From NCBI GenBank assembly GCA_964016885.1, contig OZ024740.1, forward strand, positions 291,586,001-291,650,000: a stretch of DNA of 64,000 nucleotides, read 5' to 3'. The notes under the pieces are model-generated. The model was given only the letters and a program-made list of their open reading frames with translations, did no database searches and was not told the origin of the DNA. The position numbers and the translations under genes are program-made. The stretch comes from Eledone cirrhosa. Taxonomy: Eukaryota. Shown piece after piece: positions 50,090-63,455 of this stretch (the stretch's first letter is position 1; each line of letters opens with the position of its first letter).

Positions 50090-50732
50090 ATCAGATGTTG
50101 TTTACTCGAGAGAAGACTACGTTGGTATGGTCACGTGATGCGCATGAAAGACGACAGCTGTATAACAAAGTGCAGGGCAATAAAGATAGACGGTAGCCGC
50201 GGAGTAGGCAGACCCAGAAAAATCTGGGACGAGCTGATAAATTCCGACCTCACACACTTACACCTCTCCAAGACAATGTCACTGGACTGAGACCTTTGGT
50301 GGTACTCAGTAATAGAGAAGACCCGCCTTACCTAAATACAAAGTAAAACCTACTACAGTCAGTAGGCATCTCTAACAAAATACTCCCCCGTCCCACCACC
50401 CCCACCCCATCCACACCGCCCCTTTCAATGTAAAGTTATGTTGGTACCACAACATCCAGGCCGAAACAAATGAGGTCATGTAGGTGTCACGACAAAAAAA
50501 AAACACACAGTCCACGCTGTAATGTGGCCGTGTAGGTAACACGGTAAAAACCTCCCAGCCCCACACTGTAAATGTGGTTGGTGTTAGGAAGAGCATCCAG
50601 CTGTAGAAAACCCGCCAGACAGTCCTATGCGAGCAAGTCAACCACTCTTGCCTCAAGTGGGAAAACTCCCGTCCAAACCCATGCAAGCGTGGAACATGGA
50701 CATTAAACGATGATGATGATGATGATGATGAT
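50090..50732 (+). mobile_element. 5'-truncated RTE LINE subfamily B
   Basis: RERRLRWYGHVMRMKDDSCITKCRAIKIDGSRGVGRPRKIWDELI; (GAT)n tail. Confidence 0.92.
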
Positions 50733-50914
50733 ATATATATATATATATATGTATATGTATGAGTCAGATTTTACGTTTAACCTTTTAATGACCAGATTTC
50801 TGATTAAATATATTGCCTATGCTTTCGAAAATATAGAACTGTAAAGGGATTAAGTAAATTTGAAACAAACCTTAACAAAATATTCTGAGATAAAATTATG
50901 ATTGACAGTTTTAC

Positions 50915-50970
50915 CTGATAGAGAATATCAATATTTTCCTTCCTTTCACCACTAACCAATCTTGGAGGTC
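50915..50970 (-). other. Candidate host exon (56 nt)
   Basis: Acceptor cctttgacacttttgcAG, donor CAG|gtaaaa, open frame (G)PPRLVSGERKENIDILYQ; no homology recognised. Confidence 0.3.
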
Positions 50971-51009
50971 CTGCAAAAGTGTCAAAGGCATTGATTAAAT
51001 CCTCTAAGC

Positions 51010-51192
51010 TAGGCATGTCAAACATGTGGCCCTTTACAAGCACATCTGCGGCCGGCACAAAGGTTTTTACAGCACATAAAATTAGTTTATAAAATTAGTT
51101 GCAATGTGCGCAATTAGTTGTTATGTGTGGCCCTCAGACAACACATGTGTGACCCATGTGGCCCTCGGGGGAGCCTCAGTTCGATATGCCTG
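51010..51192. mobile_element. hAT-type MITE
   Basis: TIR taggcatgtcaaac / gttcgatatgcctg with 8-bp TSD ctctaagc at 51002-51009 and 51193-51200. Confidence 0.85.
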
Positions 51193-51404
51193 CTCTAAGC
51201 AATAAAATATAAAATGTTTCCAGGTGTGTGTATTATCTAGAGGCAGTAAGAATGTAGTTAGACAGAAAGAACAGGGGACGGAAGAGAGGTGGAGAAGGAT
51301 AGAATGGGCTACTGAGAAGAGCAAGAATCTCTTCCCTTCCCCTCATTGTAATAGAAAAAATTACCAAAGGCTCCCTGAAATATTAATATAATTTATGTAA
51401 TAAA

Positions 51405-54157
51405 CAGTCCACCCCGTCAGGTGGTAGTGCTGCTGCCATATTAAAATACACCCAGTCCACCCAGTCAGGTGGAGTGCTGCTGCCATATTAAAATACACCC
51501 AGTCCACCCAGTCAGGTGGTAGTGCTGCTGCAATATTAAAATACACCCAGTCCACCCCGTCAGGTGGTAGTGCTGCTGCCATATTAAAATACACCCAGTC
51601 CACCCCGTCAGGTGGTAGTGCTGTTGCCATATTAAAATACACCCAGTCCACCCCATCAGGTGGTAGTGCTGCTGCCATATTAAAATACACCCAGTCCACC
51701 CCGTCAGGTGGTAGTGCTGCTGCCATATTAAAATACACCCAGTCCACCCCGTCAGGTGGTAGTGCTGCTGCAATATTAAAATACACCCAGTCCACCCCGT
51801 CAGGTGGTAGTGCTGCTGCCATATTAAAATACACCCAGTCCACCCCGTCAGGTGGTAGTGCTGTTGCCATATTAAAATACACCCAGTCCACCCAGTCAGG
51901 TGGAGTGGTGCTGCCATATTAAAATACACCCAGTCCACCCAGTCAGGTGGTAGTGCTGCTGCCATATTAAAATACACCCAGTCCACCCCGTCAGGTGGTA
52001 GTGCTGCTGCCATATTAAAATACACCCAGTCCACCCCGTCAGGTGGTAGTGCTGCTGCCATATTAAAATACACCCAGTCCACCCCATCAGGTGGTAGTGC
52101 TGCTGCCATATTAAAATACACCCAGTCCACCCCGTCAGGTGGTAGTGCTGCTGCCATATTAAAATACACCCAGTCCACCCCATCAGGTGGTAGTGCTGCT
52201 GCCATATTAAAATACACCCAGTCCACCCTGTCAGGTGGAGTGCTGCTGCCATATTAAAATATACCCAGTCCACCCCATCAGGTGGTAGTGCTGCTGCTAT
52301 ATTAAAATACACCCAGTCCACCCCATCAGGTGGTAGTGCTGCTGCTATATTAAAATACACCCAGTCCACCCCGTCAGGTGGTAGTGCTGCTGCCCTATTA
52401 AAATACACCCAGTCCACCCCATCAGGTGGTAGTGCTGCTGCTATATTAAAATACACCCAGTCCACCCCATCAGGTGGTAGTGCTGCTGCCATATTAAAAT
52501 ACACCCAGTCCACCCCATCAGATGGTAGTGCTGCTGCCCTATTAAAATACACCCAGTCCACCCCATCAGGTGGTAGTGCTGCTGCCATATTAAAATACAC
52601 CCAGTCCACCCTGTCAGGTGGTAGTGCTGCTGCCATATTAAAATACACCCAGTCCACCCCATCAGGTGGTAGTGCTGCTGCCATATTAAAATACACCCAG
52701 TCCACCCCATCAGATGGTAGTGCTGCTGCCCTATTAAAATACACCCAGTCCACCCCATCAGGTGGTAGTGCTGCTGCCATATTAAAATACACCCAGTCCA
52801 CCCTGTCAGGTGGTAGTGCTGCTGCTATATTAAAATACACCCAGTCCACCCTGTCAGGTGGTAGTGCTGCTGCCATATTAAAATACACCCAGTCCACCCC
52901 ATCAGGTGGTAGTGCTGCTGCCATATTAAAATACACCCAGTCCACCCCATCAGGTGGTAGTGCTGCTGCCATATTAAAATACACCCAGTCCACCCCATCA
53001 GATGGTAGTGCTGCTGCCATATTAAAATACACCCAGTCCACCCCATCAGGTGGTAGTGCTGCTGCCATATTAAAATACACCCAGTCCACCCCATCAGGTG
53101 GTAGTGCTGCTGCTATATTAAAATACACCCAGTCCACCCTGTCAGGTGGTAGTGCTGATGCCATATTAAAATACACCCAGTCCACCCCATCAGGTGGTAG
53201 TGCTGATGCTATATTAAAATACACCCAGTCCACCCTGTCAGGTGGTAGTGCTGCTGCCATATTAAAATACACCCAGTCCACCCCATCAGGTGGTAGTGCT
53301 GATGCTATATTAAAATACACCCAGTCCACCCTGTCAGGTGGTAGTGCTGATGCCATATTAAAATACACCCAGTCCACCCCATCAGGTGGTAGTGCTGATG
53401 CCATATTAAAATACACCCAGTCCACCCTGTCAGGTGGTAGTGCTGCTGCTATATTAAAATACACCCAGTCCACCCTGTCAGGTGGTAGTGCTGATGCCAT
53501 ATTAAAATACACTCAGTCCACCCTGTCAGGTGGAGTGCTGCTGCCATATTAAAATACACCCAGTCCACCCTGTCAGGTGGTAGTGCTGCTGCTATATTAA
53601 AATACACCCAGTCCACCCTGTCAGGTGGTAGTGCTGATGCCATATTAAAATACACTCAGTCCACCCTGTCAGGTGGAGTGCTGCTGCCATATTAAAATAC
53701 ACCCAGTCCACCCTGTCAGGTGGTAGTGCTGATGCCATATTAAAATACACCCAGTCCACCCCATCAGGTGGTAGTGCTGATGCTATATTAAAATACACCC
53801 AGTCCACCCCGTCAGGTGGTAGTGCTGCTGCCATATTAAAATACACCCAGTCCACCCTGTCAGGTGGTAGTGCTGATGACATATTAAAATACACCCAGTC
53901 CACCCTGTCAGGTGGTAGTGCTGCTGCCATATTAAAATACACCCAGTCCACCCTGTCAGGTGGTAGTGCTGATGCCATCTTAAAATACACCCAGTCCACC
54001 CTGTCAGGTGGTAGTGCTGCTGCCATATTAAAATACACCCAGTCCACCCTGTCAGGTGGTAGTGCTGATGCCATCTTAAAATACACCCAGTCCACCCTGT
54101 CAGGTGGTAGTGCTGCTGCCATATTAAAATACACCCAGTCCACCCTGTCAGGTGGCA
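51405..54157 (+). repeat. 48-bp satellite, about 57 copies, derived from the RTE/SINE 3' UTR unit
   Basis: Unit cccagtccaccc(c/t)(g/a)tcaggtggtagtgctgctgccatattaaaataca; runs into an RTE-type tail ending in (GAT)n at 54320-54497. Confidence 0.97.
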
Positions 54158-54395
54158 GTGGTTGTGTCACGAGAAAATGAACCTGGTACATGTCATGAAG
54201 TGATTGCCATAGAAACTATGTCGAAATAGAATCTATGAACAGAACACATTCATCTGACTTGTCAAGCCTCAGAACATGACAACCTAACTAATGCAAGCAT
54301 GGAAAATAGATGTAAAACTGATGATGATCATGGTGCTGACAACAATGATGATGATCATGAGGATGGTGAGGACAATGGTGATGATGGTGATGATA

Positions 54396-54429
<34 letters not shown>

Positions 54430-54805
54430 GGATGGGGACGATGACGATGAGGATGACTACAATGACAATGGTGATGATAATGATGATGATGATAATACAT
54501 TACTAGCGCTTTGTTTTATCGACCCTGTGGATGAAAGGCAAAGCTAACCTTGGCGGAATTTGAACTCATAACATAAAGGGCCATAACTCTATGCAACAAA
54601 GCATAAAACTCTGCCAATTCTGCCAATCCAAAAATATACAATATATTTTCAATGTTAAAAAGAAGAGCCATTATGTAACGTTATGTTAAAACAGCACTCT
54701 ATATACTAACAGTAATATCAATCTCAACATGCATGTATGTATAAATCCATAACTCCTGATGGAGTTGTAATGTCACAGTAGTGACATGCAACATGTCTTG
54801 GGTGT

Positions 54806-55303
54806 TTAACCCTGTAGCATTTACATTACTCTACATTTACTATTGTATTTTCATGGTAGTCACTTTACCTCACATAATATCGAATGTATAAGATTTTGAT
54901 ATTATTTATTTTGAAAACAATATCTTAGCCCTTTAGCATTGGCAGTATCAGTAGAGGGTTGGACGCCATGCTTTCTAGCATAGTTACGTCCCTTTACGAT
55001 CTGAGTTCAAATCCCGCCGAGGTTGACTTTGCCTTTCATCCTTACGGGGTCGATAAAATAAAGTACCAGTAATGCACTGGGTACTTGCTGGCCTTGTGCC
55101 AAAAGTAGAAACAATTATATTTTCATGGTAAACACTTTATCTCACATAGTTATCTCACATAATATCAAATCAATGAGATTTTGATAGTTATTTGGAGAAT
55201 AATACCTTAACACCAGTATGAGTGGCCAGTTACGGCCATTTTGAACAGAAAGAGGTGAGAGAATTCTGGCCGGATACTGCCAGTTTAAATGCTAAAGGGT
55301 TAA
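54806..55303. mobile_element. Nested TTAA MITE family 1 copies with SINE family 2 (about 54938-55118)
   Basis: Two ccct(g/t)tagcatt starts, one aaatgctaaaggg-ttaa end, SINE 2 between. Confidence 0.75.
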
Positions 55304-56897
55304 ATCTGGCAGAGTCTATCCCTCTCCAGGTTTGAACACTGCTGATTTCTTTCAAAGAAGGAGAGAGAGAGAGAGTCATAGCGAGGAAGCGAATAAGAGC
55401 TATATGTGAAGAATTGACCCCAGTACTTGACTGGTACTTTTTTTATGAACCTTGCAAAGATGAAAGACAAAGTTCACCTCGTAAGGTTTTGAACTTAAGT
55501 GCAAAGCCACAACGAATACCACAAAGCATTCTAACTGACATTCTAACAACTATGCCAATTCACTGCTTCAATCTTTACATACCTTATCTTATATCAATCT
55601 ATAAAAGGTCACCATTCATTGCTTTACAATAATCCTTACCTTATCAGCAATTACAGCCAAGTTGAAATTTAATAAAACTTTTGCAAATATTCTCATTAAA
55701 CCTTATGATGTGATGTGTGACTGCTTGTTGCACTTGGTGGTGAATTGCACCCTCTTTTTTTCTTCTTTTTTTGATGTTTTTTTATCTCTCTTTTATGCAT
55801 TCATATTTGTATATATTATATGTGTTTGTGTTTTCGTTCTGTAAGCAGTATATTATTATATTTTTATACAACTGTGAAAAAAAGACAACTTGTAAACAGT
55901 TGTATAAATTAACCTTTTATTTTATATATTTCCCCATAAACTCATTAAACATTAATTCTCATTCATAGTGGAAAATCTGACAATCTAGTTCATAACAATA
56001 TTATAAAAATTTGCTCAATTTAAGTTTTACATAGCATTAATTGGATATCTATGGTTTTGTACTTAAATACATGTGGGATGGTCATAGCTGGAACACTTTT
56101 GATAAAAGGTTTGCTCACTCATGACTGACTTGAACCTAAACAATAACAACAATACAAAAGAACCTTCACATGGTTGTTCTGACTGATAGAAATAATTTCC
56201 AAATCTTTCTCCAATCAAACCCAATTATCTTCAGAATAGGACACATTGGATAATGTCATTCTAGAAATCTTTCAAATCATGACCAGAGCTGGATCACCTT
56301 TAATTGTACATCTATCAATCAGGATTGGCCAGGAGTTAACTACATGTGCAGTTTATTTTGCAGATACTTTTGTTTAAGATTTATATAACATATTAACCCT
56401 ATCATGACTGCATTTCTAATGAAATATACTCTATTTTAATTAATTAATTAAGAATTTCAAGGGAATTTACAAAAATTAAAATTATTAATTATTTTATTAC
56501 TAAGATAGTAAGTTAATGATAAGCTCTTATATAAAATTATGTTGGAATATTTTAATTCAAATATTCCAAATGGGTGATTTTATTTCATAGAATCAGAACC
56601 GGTTTTGGCCGGGTTGGTACCTAAAATGTTAACTTAACAAAGGAACCCCTTCACAATCACATGAGCTGCTAGAAATAGCAGTTAGGTTTCTCTCATACCT
56701 TACCATCTTAAAAAAGGAAGGACATATTGGATAAAATTTTGCCAGATAACAGTATGTCTTAATGATGTGATTGATCCTAGGTTTGTATATTTGATCAGGG
56801 CTGCACTAGAGCTAAACAACAACAAGGATGTATTATTTCATCAGTTAAAAAGATTTACCAGTTGATCACATTGAAAAAGATTGTGTTTTCTTTTCAG

Positions 56898-56925
56898 ATC
56901 GTTGCATCTAATAAACCTAGATATG
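56898..56925 (+). other. Candidate 28-nt micro-exon
   Basis: ttgtgttttcttttcAG|ATCGTTGCATCTAATAAACCTAGATATG|GTaagc; open frame IVASNKPRY. Confidence 0.25.
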
Positions 56926-57333
56926 GTAAGCCATGATGATTTCATTTAACCCTTTCATTACTATATTTCTAATGAAGTATACCACCTATGTTTTTCAATT
57001 AATTTTTGTACATAATCAACAATTTGAAGGAATTTAGTAAAGAAAAAAAAAATAACCATATTGATAAAAAGGATTTTAATATATAGCTTAACAAAGATCT
57101 TCCATAGCCAAATTTTATATTTAGATATGAATACTTTAAAATAAGGGGCTTGTTATCATAGAATTGGGATGGTTTTGGTTGGGTAGGTATCAATAGGGTT
57201 AACAGAAACAACACAACCATGCCTATGTGGTTAAGAATTTCACTTTATAACTATGTAGTTCTGAATTTTCTTCAGCATCTTAGGTAAGTGTCTTCTACCT
57301 CATCAGTGTACAGATCAAAGCCTTGTAAGTGAA

Positions 57334-57610
57334 GTGGTTAGAATGTCTCAGGAAAGTATCACTGGACAGATTTTACAGGCAAAACCAACTGGCAGGAGAC
57401 CCATGAGTAGACTCCAAGCAAGATGGTTGGATAACATCCATAAGCTCAACTGGTCTTGCTTGGAAATGGTTGCTTCTGACAGAACCTGTTGGAAAGAATG
57501 TTTGAGGACTCTGCCCTCCTGGCCCTCTCAAGAAGAAGAAGAAGAAGAAGAAGAAGAAGAAGAAGAAGAAGAAGAAGAAGAAGAAGAAGAAGAAGAAGAA
57601 GAAGAAGAAG
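57334..57610 (+). mobile_element. LINE 3' end with (GAA)n tail
   Basis: VVRMSQESITGQILQAKPTGRRPMSRLQARWLDNI..VASDRTCWKECLR; same family as 19232-19540. Confidence 0.85.
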
Positions 57611-59544
57611 CCTGCTCCATGGACTGTGTGCTAGATCTAATCTGTTGGCCTTCTATCCCTTAGTGCTTTTTAGCAAAGTTCACTTTGTTGCAAGCATTCA
57701 GGCTAGACGTCTGATTTGGGGATAAATTCATCTCTTCCTCCCACAAATCTCAGGGGCCCTGAGAAAGGCCATAGACATTGCCTTTCCTCCTCTGACCAAC
57801 TCCCCCCTTCCCACATCAAGCAAGGAAACTATATGGTCCACTTCAATATCAATTTTAAATGTCCTCTTTTCAGCAAGAACAGCAATTAATAACTGTTGAC
57901 AATTATTAAGAAATAGACTTGATTTCATTCACATTTCCAGTTGTTAATATGGCTGCCTCAGTTCTTATTTCATGTCTGACCTAGTTATCTTCAATATTTG
58001 AAATACCATTTTATATTTAGTGCAATAAGAGGATATCTTTTCACACAAAAGGGTTGTAAAATTCTCTCACTGCTCCTCCACCCCCCACACTACCATAGAG
58101 TTCTTTTTCTTTAATGTCTTAGTCATGGAAGGAAAGGTTGAACCTATCACTTTTTAAGGTGTCTGAGACTGGTGGGAGGAAAAGAAGTTCTCTTTTGATT
58201 GAATATTTGGCTCAACTGCCTGTCACAGAGTGGACTCCACTAAAGTCACCTGAAGACCAGTTGATAGTATTAAACCATGTGATAAATTAAGTCTATAATG
58301 CTCAATATGAAAATACAACAGCTATTATGGTATTACAATCTTGAAGGATTTCTTCAGAAATACTTAGTACTCCTAGTTAGCCTCCGCCCACCCTACTCCA
58401 TTAGCTTCTGGCTAGACAAATGCATATTTAGATCCTGTCAACTGAGGTAGTGAATTAGAAGAATTGTTAGAGCAATAGACAATGCATGAGGCATTTAGTT
58501 ACAGCCCTTTATGTTTTGAGTTCAAATACTGTCATGGTCAACTTTGCCTTTCATTTTTTTTTAGAGTCAATGAAATAAAAACCAGCCAAGTTTTAGGGTT
58601 GATTCTTATAATTAATTCTAGGTGTGAATAGAATTATAATAGAAGATAAGAAACTAATCTATTATTAATCTCTTCTTTATTACCTGATAAATCCTAGTTC
58701 TCCTCATCATTATTTTCATTTAACGCGCATATTTTTCCTGCCAACAAGGGTTAGGCAAGTTGTCAGACCAAGTCAGTACTTAGACAGTGTTACTGACCAT
58801 TCAGACAGACCATGGGTTTACATCTTTCTTGTATATATTCCAGCACTTTACTGAGTGCTCAGATGAATCAGGGAACTGCATCTCACTCACATGTGTTCCC
58901 ACACACTGAAGAGTGAATTTTATCATGGCACCAGCACAAGAAAGGTTGTCATTCCTTTGCCACAGCTAAAGAATCCTCCCAACCCTTTTATTTGATATAA
59001 ATGACTTTTCAGGAAAAACATAAAACGAAACAAACCAGCAACCTGTTGAAAAGATATATGCTAATCCACAGTATATTTTGTGACATTTGGTAACGTGTGA
59101 GTAAGATATTCTAGTTTCCCTAACTTGAGTGTGGAGGTTGTTAAAATAAGAACTGTTGATACGTTTAATGAAGCTGTCTTGCTTTCTTCTAAATAACAAC
59201 ATTCAATGGGAATAATAATGAACCAGCATCAAAAACAATGAACCAGCATCAAAAACATGAACCAGCATCAAAAACATTTTCTAAGAAACAACAGCAACAC
59301 ACAAACATTTTCTTGGCAGCAATAACAACAACAAACACAATTGATGTCACAAAAGGAACTTGATTATAAAGCAGTGTTGACCTAAGTTGAGGAACCCATT
59401 TAAATCTGAATATTATTCTTCCAAATCCCTATGATGCTTATATTGTTCTTCTCTTTAATGGTGACCTCCAAATTCCTATGATTTATATATGTTCCATCAG
59501 TAAGAGAAAATGATATAAAAATTAAAAGGATTTAAAATATATTT

Positions 59545-59746
59545 GTCACAACAAAAGGTACCCAGCACACACTGTAAATGTGGTTGGCATTAGGGAGGGC
59601 ATCCAGCCATAGAAAACCAGCCAGAAACTCTCCTATATGAGCGAGACATGGTCACCTGACCTAACTTGCCTCTAATTGGGACAAACTGGTTTAACCCATG
59701 CTAGCGGGGAAGATAGACGTTAATCAATGACGATGATGATGATGAT
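59545..59746 (+). mobile_element. RTE-type 3' UTR variant
   Basis: Matches 12520-12720. Confidence 0.75.
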
Positions 59747-59954
59747 GTTCCTTTAGATTTTATTGTTTGTTCATTTGTAAATTTTCTAATTATCTGTTTC
59801 TTCTCTAGCTATGTTTGTTAATAAATTAATCATATATGTATTTGTCAGTAAGAATTCTTTTTTGAGAGATTGAAGATGTTCTAGAAGTTAAATGCTTTAT
59901 AGTTAATAGAACAACTAATATTTTTGATATCATGCTGTTGTTGAATGAAGAGAT

Positions 59955-60130
59955 CACCATCATCATCATCATCGTTTAAAGTCCATTTTCCATGCTAGCA
60001 TGGGTTAGATGGGTTGTCTCATTTAAGGTGAGTCAGGTCAGGTGGCCATGTCTTGCTCATGCAGAACTGTTTCTGGCTTGGTTTCAAGGGCTGGATGTCC
60101 TTCCTTACACCAACCACATTTACAGTGTAG
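59955..60130 (-). mobile_element. RTE/SINE 3' tail
   Basis: (ATC)n, ccatgctagcatgggttaga, ggctggatg.ccttcct..accaaccac. Confidence 0.7.
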
Positions 60131-60610
60131 CTTGAGATATAGATAAAATATATAGTATATTTATTTGAGCACAATATGCATTTTTTCCTGAATTTTAAAC
60201 CTAAAATTAGGGCTGTGCATCATATGCAAGTACAAAATGTTCCCCTTTTGTTCTCCTAAATGTGTGACTATATTTGAGATGTCAAGAATGAAAGTAGGTT
60301 ATATCTTATACCTGTTATACAAGCTGTTCAAAATCACTTTAATAATGTTACATTTCTCTCTGATTGGGATCCATTACATATTATATATTATAGGTATATA
60401 TTAAAGATATATATTTTATGTTGGCTAGTGCATAGCAATTGACTTCTAATTTAGACACAAGGCCAGAAAATTTGGGGAAAGACAAAGTTGATTAAATCAA
60501 CTCCAGTATGTAACTGGTACTATATTTTATTAAGGCAGGAAGGATAAAAAACAAAGTTGACTGTGGCAGGATTTTAACTCCAAATGTAAAACTAATAACA
60601 CAATGTCATT

Positions 60611-61205
60611 TTATCTGATACTCCACCAGCTCTGTATCCCCACTCCCCTCCCTATATTATATCTGATACTCCACCAGCTGTGTCCCCACCCCCCTCCCTA
60701 TATTATATCTGATACTCCACCAGCTCTCTGTCCCCACCCCCCTCCCTATATTATATCTGATACTCCACCAGCTCTCTGTCCCCACCCCCTCCCTATATTA
60801 TATCTGATACTCCACCAGCTCTCTGTCCCCACCCCCCTCCTTATATTATATCTGATACTCCACCAGCTCTCTGTCCCCACCCCCCTCCCTATATTATATC
60901 TGATACTCCACCAGCTCTGTGTCCCCACTCCCCTCCCTATATTATATCTGATACTCCACCAGCTGTGTCCCCACCCCCCTCCCTATATTATATCTGATAC
61001 TCCACCAGCTCTCTGTCCCCACCCCCCTCCTTATATTATATCTGATACTCCACCAGCTCTCTGTCCCCACCCCCCTCCCTATATTATATCTGATACTCCA
61101 CCAGCTCTGTGTCCCCACTCCCCTCCCTATATTATATCTGATACTCCACCAGCTCTGTGTCCCCACTCCCCTCCCTGTATTATATCTGATACTCCCCCAA
61201 CTCTG
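60611..61205 (+). repeat. 46-48 bp C-rich minisatellite, about 12 copies
   Basis: Unit tatctgatactccaccagctctctgtccccacccccctccctatatta. Confidence 0.95.
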
Positions 61206-61454
61206 TCAATCTATACCCCCACCCCCACCATACTTGTTGTATTATGTTTATAAACAATGGTTACTGTGCACAGCTGACAATATTGGAAATCATATTAATC
61301 GATGTCCAACTAAGCACAGCAACATTTTGTTCATGTATTACTGATATCACACAGTGAATTGCCAGAGTCATTAGAATGCCAGATACAAGGCTTGGTGCTA
61401 TTTGTTCAGGCTCTCTGCCCTCTGAGTTCAAATCCCACCAAAGTCAACTTTGCC

Positions 61455-61715
61455 TTTCTTCTTCTTCTTCTTCTTCTTCTTCTTCTTCTTCTTCTTCACC
61501 CACTTATTCCTGAGAGGATCGGGGGTGACAGAGTCCTCAAACACTGCTTCCAGCAGATCCTGTCAGAAACAACCGTCTCCAACTGATACGGCTGGATCCC
61601 CAAGCAAGACTAGCCAAGCTCATGGATGTTATCCAACCATCTTGCTCAGGGGTCTAACCCTGAGTTTCCTGCCCATAAAATCTGTCCACCGATTCTTTCT
61701 TGAGACCTTCTAACC
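61455..61715 (-). mobile_element. LINE 3' end with (GAA)n tail inserted in an old SINE 2
   Basis: Reverse complement of 19240-19540; SINE 2 halves lie on both sides. Confidence 0.8.
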
Positions 61716-62544
61716 ATCTGTCCATAGTATCAGAGCTATGATCTCTCAATCAATAAAAAAAAAAGTACCAGTCTAGTATTGGGGTTGATTCTTTCCCTAT
61801 ATCTCTTTCTCACTTCTCCCCCCCCCCCTATCTCTCTCTCTCTCTCTCTCTCTCCTTCTCTTGAAGAAATTGGCTGAGTCAGACTTTGGGAGGGATAGAC
61901 TCTTCCAGGTTTAAAATAACCCAATGCCACAACTGCACTCCTCCTACGACTCCATTAGGAGTTTATGGTTCAATACATACATTACTGATATCAAGTAATT
62001 AGAAAATAAAACTTATATTAGTAGAAACATAACACTCACTGCTTTCTTTTGTTTTTTGTTTTGTTTGTTGTTTTATCTCAACTGAAATTCACACAAAAGC
62101 ATGTGACTTTGTACTATAAATAGACACTGTCTATACCATTGTTGGTGTTGACACAATTTGTGTCCCATGAAATTAGTATGGTAGAAAACAAATGACAAAA
62201 TACTGGAGTGATTTTAAATGATTTAATCAGATGTGAATTTTAACAACACACAAATAACAAAACAATGATGTAATGTGATGGCTTTAAGCACGTTTTAACT
62301 AATTATTAATTTTTAGTTTCAATCAGGTTTTTCTATTTAACAAATTCAGTTAAAACTTAGACATTATTTTCCCTGCATATGCATAGCTCCCTGTTTAGGA
62401 TACTGGTGACTCATCATTTCAAATACTCATCATTTGCCATTGAAACTGAGATATTTACTTCACTGCTGTTTATGTTGAAGATCTAATTCCTTCATTAAAA
62501 CCACTCACGTGTGACTGACTAACTCTTTCAATAACACTGGAATT

Positions 62545-62876
62545 TAAAGAATTCGAAGTTTGAAAGCCACAACAATGTGAATTGGACGAGTAAATAATTA
62601 AGTCATAAGAAATGAGGAGTGTTTTTGTTTACCTTAATTTATTTATATGTCCTGATATTTCAAGATTAATATCTCTTTTTCCGAGGAAAATAAAGGAACT
62701 ATTCCAGTGTCCGATGCAGCTTTATTTTCCTCAGAAGAAAAGAAACTAATCTCGAAACTAATATCAGGACATATGAATAAATTAAGGTAAAAAAAAAAAC
62801 ACTCCTCGTTTCTTACCACTTAATTATTTACTCATTCAATTCACATTGTAGTGGCTTTCAAACTTCGAATTCTTTA
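62545..62876. repeat. Fold-back inverted repeat, ~150 bp arms, 24-nt spacer
   Basis: 62545-62695 is the reverse complement of 62720-62876. Confidence 0.95.
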
Positions 62877-63327
62877 TACCATATACAATGCTTCAAGTAA
62901 ACTACAAATTCCTACTTGGATTTTTATTTCACCTTCTGCATACAGACAACTTCACTCACTCTCATTTAAGGGTTAATCTGCCCCATAGTCTCAGCAGACA
63001 GAATGGAGAAAATGCTGCCTTGGTGGCTAGCAAGGGAGATGCATTAGGATTAAGCATTCCAACTGGCAGGGCTTACTCCTGCAGATGACCAACTCCATTC
63101 CTATATCATTGACATATCATTGACATTATTGTCTATATTTGTCAACTTAGTAGATGTTTTGGTCATCTACATCTACAGTAATCTTGAGGTTGTTTTTCAA
63201 AAAGGATGTCTTTTTTCACTGTCATCAGGTCGGTTTGTGATGTATCATTTAAGATGATACTAAGGAGTTGTCAGTGAGTATTATACACGGGAGAGTTTTT
63301 TCCAGGAATTCATTGCCCATAATTAGG

Positions 63328-63455
63328 AGTGTATATTATATATAAGTGCATATTATATATGAGTGCATATTATATATAAGTGTATATTATATATGAGTGT
63401 ATATTATATATGAGTGTATATTATATATGAGTGTATATTATATATAAGTATATAT
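63328..63455 (+). repeat. 17-bp minisatellite
   Basis: Unit gagtgtatattatatat, about 7 copies. Confidence 0.85.

Noticed and set aside
51361-54191. 538-aa and related ORFs with MAAALPPDGVDWVYFN repeats
   Set aside because: Consequence of a stop-free 48-bp unit; 47-bp variants frameshift it and the unit derives from a retroposon UTR.
57610-58200. Coding-like minus-strand stretch
   Set aside because: Multiple stops, no recognisable motif or clean splice sites; probably an old TE.
58246-58282. TCAC-CTGAAGA...TAAAC-CAT-GTGA possible HHR relic
   Set aside because: GAAA mutated and no stem II; indistinguishable from chance.
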